Both the position numbers and the translations under genes were made by a program. 64,000 nucleotides of DNA, taken from positions 28,398,001-28,462,000 of the forward strand of contig OZ076409.1 of assembly GCA_964187785.1 (NCBI GenBank), written 5' to 3'. The stretch's first letter is position 1. Each line of letters starts with the position of its first letter. Under the pieces are notes generated by a model. That model did not search any database. It saw only the letters and a list, made by a program, of their open reading frames with translations, and had not been told where the DNA came from. This DNA comes from Amphiscolops sp. MND2022 (taxonomy: Eukaryota). Positions 26,760 to 39,226 of this stretch are shown here, piece by piece.

Positions 26760-28469
26760 GCGACACCAATTTTAAATCTTTTGAACCAAGCGCAGTTGGA
26801 CGGACACATGCAATTCGCAGGCAATTTACTAAGGTTTTTAAAGCAGAAGGTACAAGCGCTTCAAATGCAGGCTGTCAGAAACTTTTGAACACGTTGCATG
26901 ACTTGAAAATCCGGTCACAGTGACGATACAAATGTGTGAGGGCGATATTTTTTTGAAGAGCACTCAAGTCAAACACAAACATGGATCAAATCGCTAAGCT
27001 CAAAAATTGGCGAAGAATTTGAGTCCAAATACCTCAAACTTATAATGGATAACAGCCTGCCTTCTCTTTGAAAGTTTTTGAAGAGCAATTTTTGAAGAAT
27101 ATACCGACAAGTGAAGCAGCAGTCGATCGCGTTTTTAGTCGACACAAACTTATTATTCATACACCCTTGAGAAATTCCCTAAAGCCTGAGATTGTTGCTA
27201 AAATGCTCTTCATACGATATATTACAGGTAAATTGTACCCTAATTTGCCTGTCGGTGCACAGGAAGATACCAAAGATCAGTTTGATACCTTGTTTGAGTG
27301 AACAATTAAAATACATGAAATTGTGTTTTTGGACCGTTTCTAGGGACGGTAGGCCACAAACCGTGGACCGTAAAAATACGCGGTACGTGCACGATCTAGA
27401 TCTCTCAATGATCAGAGCTAATATGAAGCTATTTGATTTTACGTCAACGCTACGTCAACAGTTGGTCGCGTTAATCATTTAGGGCTCGTTTACCCGCTGA
27501 CGTCAAAATACGAATGCAATGGAGAAAATAATGAGATAATGAGATGGAGAGACCATAAGAGCATCTTTGAAAAAAGAAATAACTTCACAGATCCAAAAAC
27601 GCATAATCGAATCTCATAATCGAACTACTCGAAGTACTTGAAGCTTGAATTGTACCACCATTAACGCCTTTGAAAACGTTAACGATTGGTTAATGGAACG
27701 TTTTTTACGCTAACTAAACATCCACGTTCAATTGACGTCCAAAACAGCGGATTGGTAGCCACCGGTGAAAAGGTCTATGGTGCTTGTACTTATGATTCAT
27801 TGTACCCACAATAGAATAGGTAAAATTCGTAGCTCCGAGTTGGAGGTATCGATTCAATAAAAGTATATTACAACGAGCAAAAATCAACCTATTTGAGCAA
27901 GATTTGAAAAAATTTTGAGAGTACTTTTTCTACAATCACAAGAAATATGTGCTATTTTCGAGCAAAAATTAGAACAATTGCAGCTAGTGCTGACGATACT
28001 TGTCGAGTTGCAATAGAAATAAATCCAGTTGCGTTTTATTTTCTTATGACGCGCACTCAAGACGCAACAACTTTGAACAAAATCACAGAAAGCATCAAAA
28101 AATCAGATTTGTTTTCGACTTGAAAATCGAATCACGAGATCATGGAACAATAATTAAAGCTGGCGTTTTGTAATTTTAGTGGCTTTGAGATGTCTTTGAT
28201 CGTAGTTGATGATAATCCAAGATCATAAAGTGCGTGGGTCTTTGATAAACTCGACTCTTATGAATCCTTGATAAAAATTTATTTTAACCAAACTTTTTGT
28301 TTCCCAAGCAGCGATTCGCCCCAAGCGACAATTCATCCCAAATTCCAAAAAGCGACAATTCGTCACAAGCGTCACCTCTTTGAAAAGGCGACAATTTCGT
28401 TTTCGTCCCAAATATTAAAAGCTGCAATTCGTTCCCAGTTCATTTGCCATTTAATACCTTTGTGATAAT

Positions 28470-29383
28470 CAGGAAAACTAATTTTCGGCTGAGCCGAAAA
28501 GTGCCGAAAGTGCCGAAAACACCAGTTTAGTGCCGAAAACTGGAGCAGTGCCGAAATTCACTACATGTATGCTATTTCTTAGAAATATATTGTGTAGTTG
28601 ATCTGTTAATGTTGTATTTCTCAGAAATATATTGTGTAGTTGATCTGTTAACCCTAGTAGAGACTGCAGGAACTTTTTACATGCTGCAGGCCTGCATGCA
28701 GGGTAATTGTTTATAAAACCTAGAAAATTCAGGGTAATTCAGGTGGTAAATCCTGTAGAATTACACTGCATTTTCCACTACTGCAATTAAATTTGAAAAT
28801 AGATACAACATCATCACCGACACGACCTTATTGTATTTACAATTTGCTTTCTCAACTACTCATCTGATGTGATCACCGCGTCTCAAATAGGACGCTATAC
28901 ATGACGGTATATTGCAGTTTATTAGGTGACTGAAGTAATTTTGCATTAAAATGACTGTTAAACTGAGAGCAATTTATTTGCTTTTAAAATTAGAACTGCT
29001 TCTTAATGAAACCTGCAAAACTTCAAGGCGTAAAATTGCCGCCAAAACTTTGATGAATCTTTCAAGCAGCTTGATAAAAGTCATATACAACAGGTAAATA
29101 TTTTCTCATTAAAGTTTCCGTAAGAGTTTTAGAAAATCATAATAAAAGTTGCTGGCAACATTAAAGTACATGCAAAAAGTTCAAGAAGTTTCAACAAGGG
29201 AACGTTGTATTTTTCAGAAATATATTGTGTAGTTGATCTGTTAACTGTAGTTGATCATTTGTTGTGATTTGTAACAAAATAATTCAAGTTTGAATGAGTC
29301 CCGACTTTTCAAAAATAGTGCCAAAAAGGGTAAAATTAGTGCCGCCGAAAATGGCAAAATAGTGCCTAAAATTAGTTTCCCTG
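28470..29383. mobile_element. hAT-type MITE
   Basis: TIRs CAGGAAAACTAATTTT...AAAATTAGTTTCCCTG. Perfect 8-bp TSD GTGATAAT. GTGCCGAAA subterminal repeats. Confidence 0.9.
28652..29200. mobile_element. CMC-type non-autonomous element inserted in a ~42-bp tandem repeat
   Basis: Imperfect TIRs CCCTAGTAGAGACT / AGTTTCAACAAGGG (11/14). 2-bp TSD AA. The flanking unit AGAAATATATTGTGTAGTTGATCTGTTAA occurs three times. Confidence 0.65.
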
Positions 29384-29654
29384 GTGATAATGTATCCGGA
29401 AAGATTACATTTAGATGCAGGTTCCTACTGGTAACACCAATGTAAATTATTTCCTAAATGTAATCATTTGTAGTTTATTTGTTCAATTCTTCAAAAGGTT
29501 GTTAATTGGCTGATAAATTAAACAGTTTGGGACGAACTGCTGCTTGCGACGAATTGTTGCTTTTGGAATTTGGGACGAATTGTCGCCCAACCCTTTTTGT
29601 TCTCTGGCTCGAAATTCTGCTCCGAAAAAATAGAGGACTTTTGACTGAAATTAC

Positions 29655-29812
29655 CTGACAGAAGTCTATGCATTGGTTCCCTGATGACCATAAAAACTCT
29701 GATCAGTTGTTCGTTACTGGCTGTTTGCCGCAATTCGTTGTTCCCTTTCTTCAGGAGACGGTACTTCAGAAAGGTACTTCCGGCTTTTGTGTTAAGGCAG
29801 TATGCCAGGACT
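29655..29812 (-). CDS. Carbohydrate sulfotransferase exon with both PAPS-binding motifs
   Basis: Acceptor tttttcag|A, donor CAG|gtaatt. Translates VLAYCLNTKAGSTFLKYRLL...VFMVIREPMHRLLS, containing the 5'-PSB (YC...K.GST..K) and 3'-PB (R.P..RL.SAY) motifs. Confidence 0.92.
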
Positions 29813-30842
29813 CTGAAAAAAGTATTTGAGACCTGTCTGGAAATTTAAGGTGAAATCAAGAGGATATATGTGACTGGCACAATCAATTCCCATGTTGACT
29901 AACAAAACAAACTATTTTCTTTAATGTAGTAAGATCGTAGCGACGATTCATCCATTGAACGCATGATAAGATTTCTCGAAGGTCAAGCCCGAGTTTAGTC
30001 AGATGAGAGAGAAGTTTCATTGAAAACTGGATTTCATTTATCACTACAGTTGCTCAAATTGTAATTCGAAAACAATTCGGTAGAAAATTACGCTTTATTC
30101 GTTCCTCGAGACAAACCAATTGATTTATATAAGTGGAAATTTTACTCCGCAAAAAGTCGTTCCGCGCGATTGGAAGTCGGGGGTATCCACTGCAAATCAA
30201 TACTGGTCTTAATCTTTTTAGCGAAAAACGGTTTCGACAAAATTTGAATTCGATTCTTCAATTTCTTCAACATCGTCGTTCAAATTATTGAGAAAAGTTT
30301 TTTCCAAATATTTCAAAACAGTACCCTCTTGACTCTTGCATACAGCTAGCTCAAAATCAGACACTTTGTTCAAAACTGGTTCACCGTTACTTCCTGATGA
30401 TAAGAAGTAATCATGATGTAGAAACTTCCCCATCAGACTGTTAAGCAAGATACGGGTCTCGCCTAACTTGACATTTTCTTTTTAACATTTTTGAAATTTC
30501 CAAATGTTCAAAGGTATTTTGCGATTGCATGATTTCTGAAGCACTGGGAATGGTCGGCTCTAAATCAGCATCTGCCTCGTATATTGCCATGTAGTGGGTC
30601 GATGTATCGGACCAACCATCAAAAACAAAACCAAACTTTTTTGGGAGCTCTTTGGCTAAGTCTTTTTCAACTCGCTCAGTCAGATTTTGCATGTCTTTGA
30701 ACAAGGTTCAGTGTGACATTGGCTCTGACTTTGTATATCTTCTGTTCACTTCAACTTCTGCAAAGTTGATAGAAATCATTTGGGCGTTTTTTTAAATGTC
30801 GTTAATATCATTCGGATGGTCAGATCTAATATGCTTCATCAA

Positions 30843-31289
30843 CAGGGCCTCCGTAAACATAATTTTTCAGTGAAATAAATGCCATAAACAATTCATTTCA
30901 TGTGACTAATTATGGAAAAAACTTATTTTCAGACCTTTAATATGTAAATGATTTACGGAACGTGAGCAATAATTGTACTTTTATTTTAGCCATGTTTGGG
31001 GTACTCCTTTATCAGACGCATGACGCAGTACTTTGTTTACCTTGTGGCTGACGTATTGTATTGCATCATCCAATCAAAATTTGTACACTACTAAAATTCT
31101 ATTCCTTAACATGAATTTTTGGAACCCTGAACTTTTATCAAAAATTTTGTGAAATATTTTTTGCCAATTTACATTTATTGCAATTTTCAACAAAGATTTA
31201 TGGAAATAATTTATTTTACAGCTTAATTTATGGAAAATAATTGAGGGAACATACACCATAAAATGGCAATTATTTTTACGGAGGCCCTG
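30843..31289. mobile_element. hAT-type MITE
   Basis: TIRs CAGGGCCTCCGTAAA...TTTACGGAGGCCCTG. TSD TTCATCAA/TCCATCAA. The paralogous empty site (single TCCATCAA) is at ~23390. Confidence 0.92.
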
Positions 31290-31402
31290 TCCATCAAGTT
31301 CTAATAGCATCTTTTTTGGCTTTGTTTCTGCTTTCTACCACAGCGACCTTGCCATGTTTCATAGCTAATGTCAGTGAAAAAGCTGTTTGCAATGGATTTA
31401 TT

Positions 31403-34400
31403 GGACCATGTGATCTATTCCCCCCCAGGTACACCTTGTTAGGAATTCCCCCCCCCCCCCAAACGAAAACGGCTTTTTCACAAGTATATTAAATATTGAA
31501 TGAATAAAACAAGTTGATATGCTTACAAATAAATGTAAATTTGTAGGTAAATTTAATGTAACCATTTTAATAACTGAATATTGCTTTGGGCGAAAAAACT
31601 TCCCGTGCGAATAGAAAAAATACTTTTGAATTTCGCACAATTTCCATTTTGACACTTCCAGCCAAAACCATCTTTGACTTTTTTATATCTGTCACAGACC
31701 GCTCCCGGTCTGGGTTGCCATTGCAGACGAGTGGGGATCGGAAGAGGCCATGGGTGCAGCCTGCGATTCCCAAATGGTGTTTCAATTACTAACTTGAAAA
31801 CTTTAAACCCTAATCTTAAATAAACTGTGACAGGAAATACGAAAACGTACGTCTAACTTGCGCAAAGTTTGAATGAAAATGAGAACAGAAACTAAAATGA
31901 GCCAAAATGATTTCATACACTTCCGGTAGAACGCCTTTATCACGTCGAAATAGAAACATTCGCCACCTGAAAGCTAAACTAAAATACGTTTAGAATAATG
32001 CTCATGCACTGATCTAAATATCCAAAAGGAAAACATCAATTTTGTCTCTGAGGAAAACATCAATCAGACCTAAAACAGAGATTACTTTGAGATGGCACGC
32101 CGAACTATTTATGCCTCTTCTGAGAAAAGGCAGCTTACTTGCACTTTGAACGGCAATTAATGTAAAATAGGACGATACCGCGTCGCTGAGTAAACAAATA
32201 TTGAAAGTACATGCAAATATTACTATAATTGTGACGTCAGCATTCCGTTAACTAGTTAACAAGGTAGAAAGTATTCCAATTCAGACGTCAGCGTGACGTC
32301 ACAGCTATGACAGCTAGCTAGATTTCATTCCTAATTTACGTCCTCGCTACGTCCACAATGCTAGACTAAGCCTAATATTAATACGTACGTCCGCATTACG
32401 TCCAATATCCAGCGAGACAAGATGCTTTAGTCCATCCAAAGGATGAAATAAATATTATTCAAATTATTCGGTACTAGGGATGCGTTTAAAGATCTTGGGA
32501 ATTTAACAAAACGAATAATAAAAGATTTCAGGATCAACGCTACATTTCAGCCAAACAAATTCCTTACCGGTTAAAAATTTCCCTAAATGCTTAATTTGAA
32601 ATGAAACCTTCTGTATAATATGCGCGAAAAGTCACAGTTTATGATCACTATGGAAATAGACTGAGTATTTTGTATTGAAAACATATTTTTACATGTTCGT
32701 GTTTCGCATTTTATACTACCCAATGTACAAGCGGCAGTTCATTTGATGCCCACTCAGACGATGGCCCGTCGTCCCCCATTTTCAAGACCAATCAGTTATA
32801 TGTCTAAAATTGTTGCATTGTTCATATGTATTATGTCATGAGTGATTAACCCTCGTTATTAAATGCGTTGTAATACTGAAGTTAAATGTTAAAGAGGTAT
32901 TTAAAGTTTTGTTCTTTTGGTTTGTTTGTAAAATATCGACGTCACGTCGACAATTGTTTCGAGTCCAATAATGTTGCTATACGTGCAAAAGAATATTTAA
33001 TGACAGTGTATGAATGTTGAATTAACGCCACAATGTCGCTAAATTAGTGTCTTTCAGTGAAAGTACCAATAACCGAATTTAAGGTGCTAAATCAGATAAT
33101 TTGGCTTTCCTATTCAATTGGCGCTTACGTTTCGCTATCCCTTTTTCATTAAATAATAATCACCCAGTTTAGAATTAATTTGGAAATTGTTGCTATTTCT
33201 ATAATCTCGCCTTTATTCTTTCCTAGCATCATCGGAAATTTCAGTGTTGAAAACATTAGTCATGGCTTTTTTCTCAAGTTAAAATTCAAAACCAAGTATT
33301 AGTTGTTCACGTCAGCGTCATCTCAGCGTCAATTTCTAACGAACCAAGCAGTAAAACGGGGAAGCATTTCCGGTTTGACAGACTGAAGTGATATCTACTT
33401 CCTGCTTGGGAGGAAATAAAAAGGACGCCGGGATGAAATGATATGATTATGCTTGATGACTAATATAGGATGAAGGTCATCGTGTCTGAAAAATTGACGA
33501 AAAGTCGACGTAAAATTGAGAACAAATGATTTTTCACCGAAAATACAGGAAATGACTAATTGTTCGAAGGTAATTAAGATTTTTAACTCGTGATCAAATG
33601 ATGCTAGGAGGGTATAGATACGATGATTTTAGTTGGCTGAGGGACTCAGTCTTTTGCAATTGTACAAATCAGTTGAATTCTCAATTTCGCTAAACTCTCA
33701 TTTTCACCTAACTCTGTTAGAAAGGATCTCTGAAAGAAATTCATTTCTTCAGGACAAGACTTTTCTACAACAAAATGTCAACAACAAGAAGCCAGAAAAG
33801 AAGGAATGATCAACAAGAAGGTGATAGAAACGTAAGTGAAGGTTTTGTTTCACCAATAGGATTAGAAATCCCTGTTCCTCAAACCAGGACGTAGAAGTAG
33901 CGGGCCCACCTAGATCAAAATCTCCTCGAATTGAAAATAGTTCCTTGGAGAATTTAAGGGCTTCTTTGAAAGAGGAAATAACTTCCAAAATCAAGAATCT
34001 TCTCATTGAGCCTCAGAAGGAGATGTTGAAGCTTCTAAAACCCGAAACAAGAGAGAATGCTAGAGATAACATCGATGAGGAAATGGAAAACGAAACTAGG
34101 AGTTTTTATACTCCGACAAGATCATTTAGAATAAAATCTACACAAAACGACCCGAATATATGTCGTAACAATATCTTGTCCAAAACAGACAATTTTTGCA
34201 GATGGGACGATTTAAACTTCGTGGCAAAAGACCCAAATTTTTTAAAGGCTGAATGCAAAGTTCGTAGTTTTGTATATATGGAAGTATGTCCGTTTGGAAG
34301 CACATTTCAAAGAATAATGATTGATTTTAACTGTCAATCAATGTATAAGATATGATTATGTCGACATCAATTATTTTATTGGACTAAAATTTCAACGCAA

Positions 34401-34539
34401 CGATGTCGACATAATTGTATTTGACTATTTAAAATGTTATGTCGACATAATTAATTCGTTTAAAACTAGTATTTGAACCTACTGTATTATTCCCCCCCCC
34501 CCGCCGCAGTTTTGGGGGGGGGGGAAGATCACATGGTCC
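31403..34539. mobile_element. MITE with GG termini and 8-bp TSD (Merlin- or MULE-like), containing a solo LTR
   Basis: TIRs GGACCATGTGATCT(A)TTCCCCCC...GGGGGGAAGATCACATGGTCC. TSD GATTTATT/GATTTAAT. Confidence 0.8.
31690..34170 (+). mobile_element. Solo LTR (2481 bp), second subfamily
   Basis: TGTCACAG...GTCGTAACA termini. Perfect TSD ATATC. Gag leader MSTTRSQKRR...ENLRASLKEEITSKIKNLL starts at ATG 33775. Homologous to 47310-51278 (-). Confidence 0.93.
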
Positions 34540-35166
34540 GATTTAATTTATTAAACAACATAATATAATTTGCGGTAATAACACGTATATAGCAGAGTTG
34601 GAATTATTTCACATTGGAATTCCGTGCCATTCCGTGAATTTTAGCTAATCAGAATGCGCCAGGTGAAAGCGTGTAATTCTTTGAACAGCGTTGAATTCCC
34701 CTGAATGGTGACTACGTGATGCAAATGAAATTCCCGCCGGTGCACTTTTTATGAAAATCACTTCGTTTTTTTCATTGAATGTTCAAAATTATACGTTGAA
34801 ATCGAGTTTGAGATGTATCAGAAAATGAGAAATCCTATTGGACATTAGTTGTTCAATAGCCGAACTCGTTTCGTTTAGTTAACGTATTAAACACATTAAT
34901 AACATTCACTATGTCAATGTCACCGCATTTATCCTTTGCACTGCCGTGATAACAAATTATAGCTGAAAAATCGACGTATAATTTATGGGGACACTGGGAC
35001 ATCATATCATTCCAGCGATTGTCAGTCAGCCTTGCACTTCTTTGGAAGTAAAAAGTCATGTTTCCAGACAATTCTATACATGGAATCATATGGTCGCAGG
35101 TGATTACATTTATGGTAATTGAACGAATTTGTCGCATGGAAACTAATGTATGCATTCATTGGTTTT

Positions 35167-35740
35167 TTAGTCGGCGCTTTTCGAAGAAAAACGCAGACTA
35201 TAGTAGTGACTTTTTTTAAAGACCAACGAACTGACAGATTTTATAAATTTTATAAGTTGGCACTAAACCGGCACTAACACTAAACTGTGTCACACTACTT
35301 CACTGCCACTTGGCCACTACGGCTTTTTCGAGGTCTGACAAGCAGAATGACATGGGTTCGAGTCCCGCCATGACCAAAATTTTTTTGTGCAAATTTTTTT
35401 CGGCTTTGTGAGACTTTTTTCGCAAATATCTCCAAAGGGTCCACCCTTCATTTTTTTGTCTATTTTGCAAAAGAATGGATGTTAAAAAACTTCCAAGGGG
35501 CCCCATTTTACATGTTTCGGCACTATGCGACTTACGGGAGACCAAAAATTTAAAAAATTTCAAAAAAAATCGGAATTTTTTTTTCAATTTTTCCTCAAAC
35601 GGGTACTGTAGAAGAGAATACTTGACACTTTGAAGTCCCTTTGTTATTTTTGAGCCTTAGATATGGCGCCGACTTGGGACGTTCCCGGCTTGTTAGTCGG
35701 CGCTTTTCGAAGAAAAACGCAGACTATAGTAGTGACTTCT
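35167..35740 (+). mobile_element. Helentron-type non-autonomous element (HINE/DINE-like) plus the start of a tandem second copy; carries a tRNA-like fragment
   Basis: SubTIRs AGTCGGCGC (35169) and GCGCCGACT (35666). 3' hairpin GGGACGTTCCC. T-rich junctions without a TSD. The 5' end is repeated at 35693. Internal sequence resembles 17420-17620. Confidence 0.6.
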
Positions 35741-36246
35741 TTTTTTCATCCTTTGTTTGGCATAGTGATGTTTCATATATGAAACATCACTTCGTCAAAC
35801 AAGGAAAGACATAACTTTGGGTTAAAAAGTCTATCATTTTAAACATGCATTTCACTGATTTTAGTGGACTCCGCTAACATATGATTTGCAGGTAATTAGC
35901 ATTTAGCGAATTTCACCGAAAATGACCACTGAAAAGTTTACCGCAGTAATGAATTGAATCCTATAATCCCCCCATGGATAGCCCATTTTCAATTACAATC
36001 AAGGCTGACTCTACTTTATAGCTATGGCTCATTTCAATCAGAATGGTTCTGTTGGTATCTGGGAAAATCGCTTGCAATATACATAAAAATAAAATGAGTA
36101 AATAGCAAGAAGAACAAATTGACGAGTAGCAATTGTGATATATTAGTTTTGAACCCCTTTAAAAAGTATCGGCCTGTACGAAAGTCTAACAAAAACGTCA
36201 AAAAGTAAAAAGAGACTCAATTGATTTATGAGATAATTCAACTTAC

Positions 36247-36614
36247 TTTCCGTTCGATGACAAGATTGGAGACTCGTAGAGCTGCGTTCGTAACTGAGAT
36301 TGCCGCTTGGCTCCAACCATTTTAACAGCATGTTCATAATACCAAGTTTGGTCTTCTTCGTGATTGACAAGCAGCCGACAGTTGGTGATGACTAGTCGTG
36401 CTAACTCTGTAGTTGTCATGTTTTTGATACTCTCCATAACACTGCCTTCTTTCTTTTCATGATCCTTTTTTTCTGTCAATGCCAATTTACCTACTTTTAT
36501 TCCGCTGTCAAGAGAGGGTGTGGGGTTATTGGAGCAATTGCTACCACAGGTGTATTCATTTGGACTAGAGAGAACCGTTTGATTGAAGACACTTTGTAGA
36601 TTCGGAAAGTTTTT
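36247..36614 (-). CDS. Carbohydrate sulfotransferase stem-region exon
   Basis: Acceptor ttttag|AAA, strong donor GAAA|gtaagt. Open for 122 codons (KNFPNLQ...SPILSSNG). Phase 2 joins the next exon as NGK-VLAYC. Confidence 0.75.
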
Positions 36615-36749
36615 CTAAAATACATTCTCATTTCCATATTTCATGCTTGGTTCATCCTTGTGTTTATAACTGAGACGACCTTGTTTTAGAATCTGTTGCT
36701 TGTAATGAAAATCTCTATGTTAATTTTTAACATAACTCTTTAAACGTAC

Positions 36750-36802
36750 CTTCTGAGAAGTTACCGGGAACGTTGCTTGTATAATTGGGTTCATAATTAC
36801 AA
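36750..36802 (-). CDS. Possible short upstream exon of the sulfotransferase (end of signal-anchor?)
   Basis: cacctag|TTGTAATTATG...CAGAAG|gtacgt. Translates (x)VIMNPIIQATFPVTSQK; phase 0 donor fits 36614. No start exon or transmembrane segment identified. Confidence 0.35.
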
Positions 36803-37290
36803 CTAGGTGAAATTAACATCTTTACATGATGAAACAAGATTATTCATCAAAGCAAAACGACTTAACAAGAATGCATGTAATCGTCAGAACGGGGCTCAAA
36901 TTGACTTAGAGGCAGTGTATTCCCCCGTTGTTTTCTCTTCTGTTCTGTTCTCTTCCCTTCTGTTCACTTCTAGGAGGGGGCTTGATATCAATAACTTCTT
37001 TGTGCTCTGACTAGATCAGCGAGCGCAATCAATTTCCAAAAAATTTAATGTAGAGTCTATATATCCGAGAACGTCTGGTAATTGCCATTGTGAGTTAAAA
37101 TTTGGTGATTTATGCGCGGTTCAAAGGAAAAAGCTGGGAGTTTCTACTTTTATTATACTGTTAGTAAGGATGATGATGCTGAACAACGAACGATGTTTGA
37201 GGTTCGCAAAAAAAAACATTTATCAGTTTTAAAGTCGATAGCGTGTAGACTAGGTACGAGAACTCGTATTAAAATTAAACTATTGTCAAG

Positions 37291-39226
37291 TGTTGCAGGC
37301 TGCCGCCTGTGATGGTACGTCCGTGACTAATTCTGCAATCGCGCACGAAATAATACCAGGCACTTTGCCTACCTTTTAAATACAAACTACCAAACTTTAA
37401 AAAAAAACTCATATTTGCTTGTTCTTTTTCCTATTTTTATTTACCCATACAATGTTTTATGCATTAATGGAATTGTAATTAGTCTGTTAAAGCAATACAC
37501 TTTGGAAATATCCAAATCAGGCGATTGAATGATGTAGGCTAGTTCAATGTAAAACTGCTGAGATAAATGCAATACAAATTAGAAGCAACTGTAAGGCAGT
37601 ATAGGAAATGTGTTCAAGTGACGTACAGTGCTAATCCGAAAGCGTCACTTGAGCACGTCGTCCTAGCCAATCCTATTGCAGTATTAGTTCTCTTTATTTC
37701 AAGTTATCAATAATGGCCGAGTAGGGCCAGTTGCGTAATATTGCCACTTACAATTGATACTTTAGTCAAAGAGCCGATTCTGGCCACCTTATGTGAAATG
37801 AAAGTAGGAAATCAACCGCCCATATATTTGACTAATAATTATGTACCTGTACCTTTTATGATAAATTATCTTTTGTTCAGTACTAGTATGCAGTTTTGAT
37901 GATTAATTGCCTGTTAGGTCCTTTTGACCATATTTTAATATTAATTGTTCTTTGTTAGGCCATTGGTTCTATTTTGACCAAAACATGTAAAACGCAGTGT
38001 ACTCTTTTATTTTTATTGACGTAAATTTTGTCCTAAACCTCTGAATGCATTGAACGCCTTGTAAATGATTCAGGACGTCTATCTCAGGCTGTTCTGATTA
38101 TTTTGCCTATACCCCATTGGAAATGCAATAATAGAATAATTGGCCAAATTGGGCCTACTTCCATGTTGTATTTTACATTTAACCGTATTTGATGTACTCA
38201 GTCCTGTGTTTTAGCGTTCACGTGGCGGCACGTGCCAGCAATGCATATTTAGTGTATTTGAAGATGAAGTGTTTACATTCCTGAAGCAGTCACACCCCAC
38301 CGGTGATACGTGTGGTACTTGACACTATAGTTTGAACTTTGATGCCGCCCTTGACGCTAGTTATTTTATAGCTCCAAAAAACTAAGATGCAGTTGAAATG
38401 ATCAGGAGTCACGTGTTGTGAAATTGTTTTGATGAATTTTACCCACTAGGAATGTGGTCATGTGCATTTTAAGGAATTTGTTATTTACATTGAGAATGGA
38501 TGTCATTCATGAGGAAATATATATAACCGCTATTTTCCTTGGGATGACACAGTTTTTTAATCCGCTTACTGCTCAATTCAACCTTAAAATATTGTTTTCG
38601 AGCTAAGACTAATTCACTGTTTTATCTCGAGTTCCCTTCAAATGCCTACTACAAGAAAGCAAAAAAAGCTAGAAAATCCAGAGGAATTGAGGTTCTCTCA
38701 GATAAGGAAAATCTAGACATCATACTTGAAGAAAATCATTTTAGTAGAAACGAAAGAGATGAAAGCCTAAACAGCATTCACGCTGGAAGGTCAGAAAGCG
38801 ATTTAGGCGATGAATGTGAAACGAATGATGAGAACAGGTTCTTAAATCGAAGAAATGTCGGTACTAGTATTGATGCCGAATATTGCCAAAATTCGGCTAG
38901 TGGCGATTCTAGTGCAGAGATCAACAGATTGTCGATTGAGTTGAACTCGAGGTTATCAAGAGAATTAAATGAAATTATGAGTAGTGTTATCACCCAGATG
39001 CAAAGGGCATTTAGTAATGCAATCTGTAGTCAAATATTGCCTCAGATTCAAACTGCCCTTAGCTCCAGGTCGGACCATTTGACACAAGGTAGATGGAACG
39101 TTCTGTCTGACAGACCGGAAGTGAACTCCGAAAGGTTCTCCGATGAGAAATATAGAGAAAACTCAAGAAGTAAGCCAATTCATGATCGTCTTAATGATGA
39201 ATCTATAAACACTTGTGCATACGACA
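37291..39226 (+). repeat. 5' LTR of copy 2 (1936 bp; TATA ~38518; gag ATG at 38642)
   Basis: Starts TGTTGCAGGCTGCCGCCTGTGATGG like the other LTRs. Ends GCATACGACA directly before the PBS. Confidence 0.85.

Larger units (their letters stand above)
23870..27398 (+). pseudogene. hAT transposon remnant, interrupted by a MITE that itself contains a solo LTR
   Basis: C-terminal dimerisation motif IPTSEAAVDRVFS...RNSLKPEIVAKMLF at 27068-27301. The frame continues across the MITE once a 2-bp TSD is removed (LTT-V/A-TPILNLLNQAQLDG). ACCGT subterminal motifs; right end ...GTGCACGATCTA. Confidence 0.75.
28303..29594. mobile_element. MITE of the GCGACAATTCGTCCCAAA family, hosting two nested insertions
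   Basis: Same repeats as 18541-18925, with inverted arrays at 28303-28440 and 29520-29594. Confidence 0.6.
30218..34900 (-). pseudogene. hAT transposon remnant (BED finger plus first catalytic Asp), interrupted by two MITEs and a solo LTR
   Basis: KFGFVFDGWSDTSTHY at 30441-30704. BED fragment around 31290-31390. The 5' non-coding part 34560-34900 matches 23490-23800. Confidence 0.75.

Noticed and set aside
28648..29200. piggyBac element (TTAA|CCC)
   Set aside because: The right end is GGG|AA, not GGG|TTAA; a 2-bp TSD fits the CMC group better.
35320..35376. Functional tRNA gene
   Set aside because: Only a B-box/T-arm and CCA are present. No A-box, D-arm or acceptor-stem partner was found, and it sits inside a repeat.
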